From positions 29,574,001 through 29,638,000 of the forward strand of contig NC_043002.1 in NCBI RefSeq assembly GCF_006345805.1: 64,000 nucleotides of DNA. The letters run 5' to 3'. Made by a program: the position numbers and the translations under genes. Numbering within the stretch: position 1 is the first letter of the stretch; each line of letters begins with the position of its first letter. Shown here piece by piece: positions 53,727 through 64,000 of this stretch. Below the pieces are notes generated by a model. The model made no database searches. It saw nothing but the letters and a program-made list of their open reading frames with translations, and had not been told where the DNA came from. Source of the stretch: Octopus sinensis. Taxonomy: Eukaryota.

Positions 53727-54138
53727 AGTCGTAGCTGGGTGGCAAGAAGTTTGCTTCCCAGTCAAATGGTTCCCAGTTCAGTCTCATTGCCTGGCACCTT
53801 GGGCAAGTGTCTCTATTATAGCCTCGGGCCAACCAATGCCTTCTAAGTGGACTTGGTTGACGGAAACTGAAAGAAGTCTATCACATTTATGCCTATGTGT
53901 GTGTGCATGTCTTTGACCCAGCGTTTGCCCACCCCATGCCACCGCTTGACAACTTGTGCTGATGTGTTTACGTCCCTTTAAACAAACGGTTCGGCAAAAG
54001 AGTCCCGATAGAATATCTTTAAAAGATATTAACTACTGGGGTCAATCCGTTCGGGTAAAATTCTTCAAGGCAGTGCCCCAGCATGGCCGCAGTCACATGA
54101 TCGAAACAAGTAAAAGGTAATTCAATAAAGGTAAAAGT
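53727..54138 (+). mobile_element. Family B SINE, diverged full length
   Basis: Head, GCACCTTGGGCAAGTG core, CAGCATGGCCGCAGTC, AAACAAGTAAAAG tail. Confidence 0.85.
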
Positions 54139-54286
54139 TACGGATAAAGTGTTCGCTTCGCAGTCAAGAAATTCCAGGTTCGATTCCATTGCTTTGGACA
54201 TCTAGACCAAATTTTATTTCAAGAACCTCCAGATGCTCCATGGCTTATGAATGAAATTGGTTTGACGGATAATAGATAGAATATAT

Positions 54287-54488
54287 TTTCTACTGTAGGC
54301 ACAAGGCCCAAAATTTTGGTGGAGTGGACCAGTCGATTAGATCAACACCAGTACGCAACTAGTACTTAATTTCTCGACCCTGAAAGGATGAGAGGCGATG
54401 TCGACCTCGGCGGAATTTGAACTCAGAACGTAAAGACTGACGAAATGCCGCAAAGCGTTTCACCCGGCGTGCTCTGCTAGCTCGCCGC
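54287..54488 (-). mobile_element. Family A SINE, full length
   Basis: Reverse complement runs from the GCGGCGAGCTAGCAG head to GTGCCTACAGTAGAAA. Confidence 0.85.
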
Positions 54489-54506
54489 GTTTGTTTCTGT
54501 ATATAT

Positions 54507-55269
54507 TCTTTTCTACTCTTGGCACAAGGACCGAAATTATGAGGGAGGGTGCCAGTCGATAAGATCGATCCCAGTACGCAACTGGTACTTAATTTATCGA
54601 CCCTGAAATGTTGGAAGGCAAAGTCAACCTCGGTGGAATTAGAACTCAGAAGGTAAAGACCGACGAAATACCTATTTCTTTACTGCCCACAAGGGGCTAC
54701 ACACAGAGGGGACAAACAAAGACAGACAAACGGATTAAGTTGATTATATCGACCCCAGTGCGTAACTGGTACTTATTTAATCGACCCCGAAAGGATGAAA
54801 GGCAAAGTCGACCTCAGCGGAATTTGAACTCAGAACGTAGCGGCATACGAAATACCTATTTCTTTACTACCCACAAGGGGCTAAACACAGAGAGGACAAA
54901 GACAGACAAACGGATTAAGTCGATTATATCGACCTCGGTGCGTAACTGATACTTATTTAATCGACCCCGAAAAGATGAAAGGCAAAGTTGACCTCGGCGG
55001 AATTTGAACTCAGAACGTAGCGGCATACGAAATACCTATTTCTTTACTATCCACAAGGGGCTAAACATAGAGGGGACAAACAAGGACAGACAAACGGATT
55101 AAGTCGATTATATCGACCCCGGTGCGTAACTGATACTTATTTAGTCGATCCCGAAAGGATGAAAGGCAAAGTTGACCTCGGCGGAATTTGAACTCTGAAC
55201 GTAGAGGCAGACAAAATACGGCTGCGCATTTCGCCCGGCGTGCTAATGTTTCTGCCAGCTCTCCACCTT
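54507..55269 (-). mobile_element. Family A SINE concatemer: one head and four bodies
   Basis: Units start at 54673, 54857 and 55037 (180-184 bp spacing) with the identical junction AAATACC|TATTTCTTTAC; the head is present only at 55210-55269. Confidence 0.92.
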
Positions 55270-55394
55270 AAACTACGTAGAATATTGTCGGATGAATTTT
55301 ACCCTTTCTTTAAAAACACATTCTTTAAATGTCAGTGTTACAGTAATTCCGTCCAAAAATTGCGTCAATGAATCACACGTCTTTGTGATCAACC

Positions 55395-56948
55395 ACTTCG
55401 GGAGTAGTGAAAGATAGAAATAAGGGTATATTCGCATCAGAGCCCTAGTCACAATGCTTGTAATGACTTTGAACCCCGCTTAGCGGCACCCAAGGCGCTA
55501 TGTAGTGGTGTTAAAAGGGTGGTAGATTAAGACAACTACTAAATAGGCCACAGCAGGATTTGAACGCAGATTACAAAGAACCGGAGTAAATACAAGGCAT
55601 CCGGTACAAACGTCAGCGCCATGAATCTGAGATTTGGCAGTGACAGCAATGTATAACCATTTAGAGCTAGGTTTAAAGGCTATGTACTCAGCCACTTCCA
55701 TGATAATTTAAGGAGCTTGGTACTTCGGGTAATCGACCAGTTGAACATCCATAAATGGAAATGCTGACTGTGATCTATTTCATGTTTTGTCTTATTTGTT
55801 TCAGTCACTGCACTGCGGCCATGTCGGATCTCTTCCTGGACGGATTTAACCGAACGAATCAACCTCAGTACTTATATTTTCGATAAAATTCTGGTACTTA
55901 TCTTGCTTTGTCAGAAAGGTCCATTTCTGCCGCTTGAATTTTATTTGATACACGCTTGATTCTGAATTAATCACCTTTGTGTGCATGGATCGATTTTACT
56001 GAGCTGCTAAGTTACGGGGCCGTAAACAAACCAATACTGGTTGTCAGGTGGTATGGCAGGGTGATAAACACAAAGGCACACACACACGCGCGCTCACAAA
56101 CTCTCTATCTCACACGCACTCAAACACACACACATACACACACACACACACATACATACGAATACGGCGAACTTCGACAGAGTTTCCATCTGCCAAATTC
56201 ATTCACACTGTGTTGGTGGGTCCAGAGTTATGTTTGATGACACTTGCGCAAGGAACCGCACTGAGACTGAATCCGAAACTATTTTGCTGTAAAGCGAGTC
56301 CCTGAATTACATCGCCATACCTGCACCTGCAACTAACTCCCTAACTGTATTCTTCAAAAGTCAAAGGATAACTATTAATGCTCATTTCAATACAATAATG
56401 TTAAGTTCAAAGTGTGCTAATGGACATAAATTCAATATTGTTCCTGTATTCGACATCTAGGTACACTGCAAACCCCCACCTCTCTCACCCCCGACATTTC
56501 TCTGTGTCAGATTGTCCTTGTCTTCCTTATTGATAGTGAACTAGGTGTCTTGTAGTTTTGAACTACGCTCACTTATCCTGTAAGTCAATAGGATCGATAT
56601 AACAAGCAACATGTGATATTAATTGGAAATAATCAATAAATATGCACCTAAATTTAATACATATCTTTAAATCTAGCCCTAAATAGTTATACATTGCTCT
56701 CACCGCCAGATCTCAGATTCCTGACGCTGAGGTTTGTATCGAATGCCTTGTATTTACTCAGGTTCTTTGTAATCTGCGTTCAAATCCCGCTGCGGCCTAT
56801 TTAGAAGTTGACTTAATCTACCACCCTTATAGCACCACTACATAGCGCCTTGGGTGCCGCTAAGCGGGGTCCACCCCCATTACAAGCATTCTGACTAGGT
56901 CTCCGATGTGAATATACCCTCCTTCCTATCTTTCACTACTTCCGAAGT
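55395..56948. repeat. Inverted duplication with arms of about 291 bp (55395-55686 and 56658-56948)
   Basis: About 89% identity by manual alignment; 970-bp spacer; no TSD seen. Confidence 0.92.
55790..56330 (-). mobile_element. Diverged family B SINE interrupted by a 93-bp insert
   Basis: TTTCAGTCACTGCACTGCGGCCATG ... GCTAAGTTACGGGGCCGTAAAC ... GACACTTGCGCAAGG; insert at 55903-55995. Confidence 0.7.
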
Positions 56949-57088
56949 TTTTAGATATCAAATAAAACAAACAACCTTTAAACTGATATCAATGATTGCT
57001 TTGTCAGAAAGCTCCATTTCTGCCGCTTGAATTTTATTTGATACACGCTGGATTCTGAATTAATCACCTTTGTGTGCATGGATCGATT
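55903..57088 (+). repeat. 93-bp direct repeat (55903-55995 and 56996-57088)
   Basis: 2 mismatches in 93 bp. Confidence 0.95.
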
Positions 57089-57339
57089 ATTAAGTGGGTT
57101 TGATTATTGTAACGGTCATTGTTCCTCGGGTATGTATTCCTCAGCTACTGTCCCCACTATAAGCTATTATATTTGTGCAGTTTGTCTTTTTGGTCCACGA
57201 TATTATTAAAAATATCAAATGTCTATAAAATGGAATGACAACGACAGGGAGAAGCTAGAGCCTAAGAACTGCATAAAGCCTTAATAAGGACGAAAAATAT
57301 CAAGAATGGTTAGACATATTCTTAAAATAAATAATTTGA

Positions 57340-57716
57340 GTAGTGATGGTTGTGATGGTGGTGAATGTTACACTGATGATAAGGATGATGATAGTGGCGT
57401 TGGTTGTGTCGTTTTTAAAATGGTCTTAGTGGTATTGGAGTTTGTTACATAAGTGATGATAGTGATGATGATGCTGGTGATGATGGGGGTGACAGTGACA
57501 ACAGTGGCAGAGTTTGCTATAGAGATAATGATGGTGATGGTGGTGGAAGTCACGGAATTTTTTTATAACTGCGAAGATGGTGGAAACGGAGATTGCTATA
57601 GTCTTGGGCATTGGGAAGATAGCGATGGTGATAGAAGATATTGCCACTGGTGACTATGATAATGGTAGTCGTAATAAAACTCATGGTATCGGCGATGAAG
57701 ATGATGATGATGATGT

Positions 57717-57748
<32 letters not shown>

Positions 57749-58625
57749 ATGATGATGATGATGACGATTAGGAATAGGAGGAGTAAGAATGAGGGTGGTG
57801 AGAAAAAGGAGGAGGAAGAAGATGATGATAATAATTAGGATGATGATTTGGAGGAGGAGGAGAGAGAGAGAGAAAGATTAAGATGGTGATGATAATGATT
57901 ACAACGACGACAATGATGTTGATGATGATGATGATGGGGAGGAGGAGGAGGAGGATTAAGATGATGATGATAATGAAGACGATGGTGCTGCTGGCGGTGG
58001 CCGTCATGGTGATATCGGTGCTGAAAGCGGTGCAGTTGTTAGTCGGGTATGGGGGAATAGTGATAGTGGTAGACGTAGTGAGAGTGGCATAAATATTTGA
58101 AGTGAAAGTAATGATAGTCGTGGTGTTGTTACTGTTGTGGCTTTTCTTGGTGGTGGTAGTGACCTTGTTGGTGCTCGTTTCAGTCATCTTCTAGTTGAGC
58201 TATGTCAGTGACACTAGTACTCCCGCCGTAGTTATGTTTTAGGAGGTGGTAGAGGTGATAGAGATAGTACTTCTGCCCCTGGTAAGAGTCATACTGGCGG
58301 TGATGACGATTTGGTGTAATGATGCTGGTTGCTAAGTTAGTGGGGGATCGGAGAGACTATGGTTGTGAGGCAGCAGAGGAGACGTTGTTCGTGGAGGTGA
58401 TGGTACTGTTTGTGTTGGGATGATGGGGGTAGAAGTAGTAGGTGGAGGAGGAGGAGGTGGTGGTGGTGGGGGAGAACTGGAGTGGAGATGGTAGTGATGG
58501 TAGCAGAGGTAGTGGTAATAATAGTGGTGTTCGTTGGTGGTGCTGGTGGTAGTGGTGGTGGTGGTGGTTGAGGTGGTAGTCATGGTGGTTGGGTGGGATG
58601 GCGGTGGTAATGGTTTTGGTGGCGT
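57340..58625. repeat. (GAT)n/(GGT)n/(GGA)n low-complexity region
   Basis: Direct reading of the sequence. Confidence 0.85.
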
Positions 58626-59299
58626 CAGCCGAGGCTGCGACGGTGTGGGGGTAGATTACTAATGGAAGTGACCCTTGCTTTACCGAGATGCCAAAAGAAA
58701 TTTAAAATCATGAGTATGTTATAAGTTAAAGTGTTGGGTATCCACGTTGAGCAGGACTCAGTAATAAAGAAGGAGAATTTCATGCTGTAGAAGGAGAAGT
58801 GGTAGCTTGTTACATACTTGCTCATTATCTTTATCTATAGCTATAATTTAGTTCTTATGTTTATGTGAATGCGTTTATCTCGTAACCTGGCCTGTGCGTA
58901 GAGAATTCTGTGTTTGTGTGTGAATGTGTGTTTGTGTGCGTAAGAATGTGTTCATGTGTATCTGTGTATGTTTTTACTGTACGGGTGGATTACAGATGCT
59001 TTGTGTGAAATTGACCTCTCAATACAACGCGTAATAGAAGAATTAATAACGTAACATATTATCTGACAATGTGGTATTTCCTGCATGTGCTTGTACAGAT
59101 ACATATATTCATGCACAAACACACAGACATACAAAACCGGAGGTACCGATGTGTATATATACATATATGTGTGCATGTGTATGTGTGTGAGTATGTATAT
59201 ACATACATAAGTACATCTAAATATTATATATGTAAATGTATATTTCTATGCGCATGTGTGTATATATTTAAATAATTCATACATAAACACTCAGTCAGA

Positions 59300-59413
59300 C
59301 GCTCATATGTATGTATATATGTATGTGTGAATATATGCGCTCATATGTATGTATATATGTATGTGTGAATATATGCGCTCATATGTATGTATATATGTAT
59401 GTGTGAATATATG
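59300..59413 (+). repeat. 38-bp minisatellite, 3 perfect copies
   Basis: CGCTCATATGTATGTATATATGTATGTGTGAATATATG three times. Confidence 0.95.
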
Positions 59414-59680
59414 CGCGTGTGTCTGTATCTCTGTGGAAGTGTATATGTGTCTTTTATTTGTATGTAAATAAGGCTGAATGGAAATAAACATATTTATACA
59501 TTCATTGGCTTGCAATGAATTCGGTGTATATAATTGCCTCTCCGTTAACACACGCACAAACACACGCATACAGGCACATACCTTCATAACTACGTACGTA
59601 TATGCATATATATATATAGAGAGAGATGTATATATATGTGTATATGTATATAGATGAATATGTACAGAAATGCGTAAATT

Positions 59681-59717
<37 letters not shown>

Positions 59718-59975
59718 TCATGTTTGTATGTTTCTGAAACCATGTCATGATGAGTGTATGAGGTATGAATTCAGGCGAGATCTATATCATTTAACCCCAT
59801 ATGAAGTATAATTTCACACGAGGTGTCACACAATTGGTGTGGAAATTATGCTGGAACTTTCTGCAATAGACGTAAATAAATTTCATAAAATATTAATAGG
59901 AAAATAACACGTAAGTTAGTATCAACATAACTGCCTAGCATTCACAATCAACCCCTATGGTGCGATATTTCATAT

Positions 59976-60063
<88 letters not shown>

Positions 60064-60201
60064 ACCCTGATGATATTATTGTTATTATTGATCGTTTATA
60101 TAATCTTATTAGCGTAGTCATCCTTCTTCTTGTTTATCACTATAATGATAATAATAATAATAATAATAATAATATTATCATTATCATTATTATCATTATT
60201 A

Positions 60202-60247
<46 letters not shown>

Positions 60248-61985
60248 TTTTCTACTTATATCTCTAGACTGTCGTTCCAAGTCTTTCATTTTTTTTTACC
60301 CCTTTTCAGTTTACTTGAAGAATTGTAATTCTATTTCTCCTTGCTCCTAATTCGTCGGCGTAAAATATATAAAAAATTGAAATTATATAATTTAACAAAT
60401 AGAAGAAATAGCGTCTTTTAATGACTACAACCCTGCAACAAAAACAACAATAACAACAGTTATTATACTAGCAATCAGTATTGTATATATTATCAAAAAT
60501 CTTGCTCACACCGACCCGCATATGTTGCACCTTATGTTTGATAGGGTGATATATTTGTCCGCTCACAACGCCCTCCAGTATTTTTATGACATATTTTCCC
60601 CAAGAAAAATTTTCATAAACCTTCTTGCAATATTAGTTTTGTATATATTTTCGGTTTTTTAATTTATTCACACATAGAGAAGCACACTTCCACATGCACA
60701 CTCAAACGTACATAATTATAAGCAAACACATATTGATATTTATCAATCATTTTGTCTGGGTTTTTTTTCTGTGGGTGCGGTTTGTATATACTTACACATA
60801 CATACGCACTACACTCGCGGACGCACGCGCGCGTACACACACGTACACACAAACACACACAGACACACACACACGTTCACATGAACATTGCCGCATCTTG
60901 TTAGATGATAATCGTCTAACATCAGTTAGATATCTGTACATCATGGGATGTAAAAGCTTGCACAACACTTTTACCTCTCTCTCAGTCTCCATATTAGGTT
61001 ACGGAGGCAAGTATAACAAGAAGAATGGTATTATTTTGACTGCAATTTTCCACTAGCGTATCTTCATCCTAGAAGGGTTGCCTTTCCTACAGCTTCGTCA
61101 AACATAACGGGATCCTTCTCCATACAGGGAAACCTGTTCAACCAATAGACAATCCAAAATCCGTTAGGTCACCAATAGTTCAAGGTACCCGAAAAAACTG
61201 TATATCTCGAGAATCCGTGGTCCGATTTATGCGAAACTTCTGTTATTCCATGTGTATTCACATTTAAACGGTACCCTACTTTCAAAGTATTTTCCCCATT
61301 ATACACCGGTTTAGCTGTTTATTAAGGTAACCCCCACAAAAAAACCACAAAAAAACGTGTATTTCGGTAAGCCGTGGCACGATTTACATGAAACTTGTTT
61401 TAATCCATTTGTATACATGTCAGTATCGATACCTGATCTCTCTCTCCTGCGTTTGTCTCTCTCCCTGTTTCGCCAGACGCTCAAACCTCCGAGCGTCCGA
61501 TTCCTGATCTCTCCTGCTCCTCTATGTTTCCCTATGTTCCCTCAGACGCTCAGCACTTGTTTTATGAGTCTCATCGATCCTTCTATTCGCACACCTGTAC
61601 CGATCCTGGGTAAATAATTTCGAGTGCATTCAACGTATCTCAACTTCAAACCCACCGCAAACCACTTTCTTATGAAAAAAAGAGGGGAAGGGTGGGGACC
61701 TAGAAGTTTCCTGGGAAACAGAGTTTCGTTTTGTAGGTTGTTTTTCTTTTCTTTTCCAGGTTATTTCGCATGATTTCAACGAATGTGATATCGAAATCAC
61801 ATTTCCCGAGAAAAGGAAAGATTTGGCTGTTAATTCTTGCACGCCCTCGTACCACGTATCAGCTGTTTTGTGTCCTTTGGCGCAAATAGCGGTTACGTAG
61901 TAGAAGGACATGTTAGGAATAGCAGCCAAATCTTTGGAGGTGAGATATGTTGAATGCGCTCTTAATCACTATGCCATATGCCCAC

Positions 61986-62178
61986 GGGCATATGGCGTAG
62001 GGGTTAAGAGTGCGGATTACTAACTCCAAGATTCCGAGTTAGATTCTAAGCAGTGACCTGAACAAGAACAACAACAACAAGAACAACAACAACAACAACA
62101 ATAATAATAATAATAATAACAACAACAACAACATCGAAAACTACCTTAGGAATGAAAACCCAGGTTCGAAATTTCCTC
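61986..62178 (+). mobile_element. Family E tRNA-derived SINE, 3' truncated, with internal (AAC/AAT)n
   Basis: tRNA-like head GGGCATATGGCGTAGGGGTTAAGAG...GAGTTAGATTC with A/B-box-like motifs; too degenerate to be a functional tRNA. Confidence 0.65.
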
Positions 62179-62200
62179 ACCTTATAACAATGATAATACG

Positions 62201-62240
62201 TATTTCTTTACGACCCACAAGGGGCTAAACACAGAGGGGA
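62201..62240 (-). mobile_element. 40-bp SINE 3' end insertion with a 15-bp TSD
   Basis: AACAATGATAATACG at 62186-62200 and 62241-62255; the insert matches the unit ends of the 54.7-55.2 kb array. Confidence 0.92.
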
Positions 62241-62332
62241 AACAATGATAATACGGTAATGTTGTCACTGCTGGAATATTACTGATCACATTTGTTCTTT
62301 GTGCACTGCTTTTGAGCTTCGCAACAACACAA

Positions 62333-62375
<43 letters not shown>

Positions 62376-62378
62376 TAC

Positions 62379-62422
<44 letters not shown>

Positions 62423-62443
62423 TGGTATTCAAGGTGAGCTAAG

Positions 62444-62864
62444 GAAATATTCTACTCAGTACCACCAATTTGCTTGTCATTTGCTTGACTTTAACCTGTT
62501 GAGAATGTCCCTTGGTGGCTGCATCTCTGATCACGAGCAGAAGTAGTGGGGGAACATCATAGCCATGTGCTGAGAAGAATTCTTTGGGGTTTGGATAATT
62601 CACTTTTGGAAACATGGGTTTTGGTTCAACGTCCTTAAACAGCTATAATTCAGAGATATTTTAAGCGGGATAGAAGAAAATTCTATCTGGGCTCTACCTG
62701 CAAGGTCATGCGCTGTTTATCTCGATAAGAGATCACTATGTCACGCACATATCATTGTGATGCATGTGTCAGGTGTACCCTTATCAGACGGATAGTCATG
62801 ATGAGCGTACTGGGCTTCGTATATTTTACCTCAGTGTCACTTTTAATTGCATGTACTCTCACTC

Positions 62865-62932
<68 letters not shown>

Positions 62933-62985
62933 TAATAATAATAATAATAATAAAACAATAATAATAATAATAATGATGATGATAC
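62444..62985 (+). mobile_element. Family D retroposon with (AAT)n tail
   Basis: Homologous to 25571-26035; ends CTCTCACTC(AAT)n; (AAT)n also lies just upstream. Confidence 0.78.
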
Positions 62986-63448
62986 TATAAACGCAAAACT
63001 ATCCTTGAATGCGTCCACCCCATTTCGACTCATAAATGGCGATGAAGTATTATATGCATCGGAGTTTTATATTGTAATACAATATATGACAGACTTTCAT
63101 GTTTAACCTTATCAATAATATCATTTAGATTAATGAACTGATATCAATTCCATGCACCTTATCGCCGTTAATGAGTTAGAGTTTCGTACGTAATGAGATC
63201 ACACTGACAGACACAGAGACACAAACGCACAGCCATATATTTTGTTGTTAAATATTGGGTCATCTAGCAGATTTAGGATCAGTTCTCCACCTCTATGTAT
63301 GTATATATATATTATATATATATATATATATATATGCTTTTCTTTCTATCTTTCTCTCATTCCCTCTCTCTCTCTCTACACACACACATACATATACATA
63401 TAACATATACATATAACATATACATATATCAATCTCTCTCTTTCTCTC

Positions 63449-63487
<39 letters not shown>

Positions 63488-63539
63488 ATATATATATATA
63501 TATATATGCCTGTGAGTGTGTGTGTGTATTGGTTTGGGG

Positions 63540-63675
63540 TGGTTGTTCTGTGTACCAAATTCGTTCACTAGGCATTGGCTCTTCGGCCTGGGCTATAGTG
63601 GAAGGCACTTGCAGAAGGTGCTTCGCAGTGGAACCGAACCCAAAACCATGTGGCTGCAAAGCATGCTTCTTAACT
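63540..63675 (-). mobile_element. Family B SINE head, diverged
   Basis: GGCCTGGGCTATAGTGGAAGGCACTTG...CGCAGTGGAACCGAACCCAAAACCATGTGG. Confidence 0.7.
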
Positions 63676-64000
63676 ACGTATAAAGAAAAAGACAGATAGT
63701 GATGGAAACAAAGAATGAATGAAGGAAGGAAGGAAGGAAGGAAGGAAAGAAGGAAAGAAAAATAAAAGAATTGAAAAGAAAGGAAGAAGAGATTACATTG
63801 GCCGCGTGTGATCCGAGCGTTGAGGATTGTTCGTTGGTTCGATCTAATAATGTCGGTGGAGTACAGTGGCTTGGAATTTTGTAAATTAAGTCCAGAGATA
63901 TCTAATCTTTCAGTTTTTGTCTTCTCTCCCCATTATTAATGTCTTAATTACACGAATGTAAATAAATTGCAAGCGACATAATATCGAGAACAAGAAAAAA

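Noticed and set aside
54673-55220. CRISPR-like regular repeats
   Set aside because: Units of about 180 bp are wholly repeated SINE bodies with no unique spacers, in a eukaryotic context.
57368-58583. Poly-Met/Asp/Thr ORFs
   Set aside because: (GAT)n/(GGT)n low complexity.
61986-62060. tRNA gene
   Set aside because: Stems do not pair into a cloverleaf and the B box is mutated; it is a SINE head.

Overview
AT-rich eukaryotic non-genic DNA, probably intergenic or deep intronic. The microsatellite load and SINE families suggest an octopod cephalopod (inference, not checked). I find no intact host gene, rRNA, true tRNA or CRISPR array, and most ORFs in the supplied track are microsatellite artefacts. 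Retroelement content: a near full-length R4/Dong-type non-LTR retrotransposon (RT + CCHC + restriction-like endonuclease) inside an (AAT)n tract at 21461-25416; two 3' fragments of a second RLE-LINE family whose 5' ends both abut (CATA)n; a Tx1/L1 3' fragment; a CR1-like RT remnant directly followed by a Penelope-type GIY-YIG remnant; RTE-like 3' ends; and about 25 SINE copies of 4-5 families. DNA elements: two non-autonomous Helitron-like elements and two mariner MITEs. Unexplained structure: a near-perfect 596-bp palindrome (9729-10324), several (TA)n-centred inverted and tandem duplications at 3.3-7.3 kb, a 165-bp hairpin, a SINE concatemer with one fixed junction, a nested inverted plus direct duplication at 55.4-57.1 kb, and one stop-depleted frame (680-1636) that may be a decayed gene. 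Many frameshifts are single-base homopolymer indels, so sequencing or assembly error cannot be excluded.
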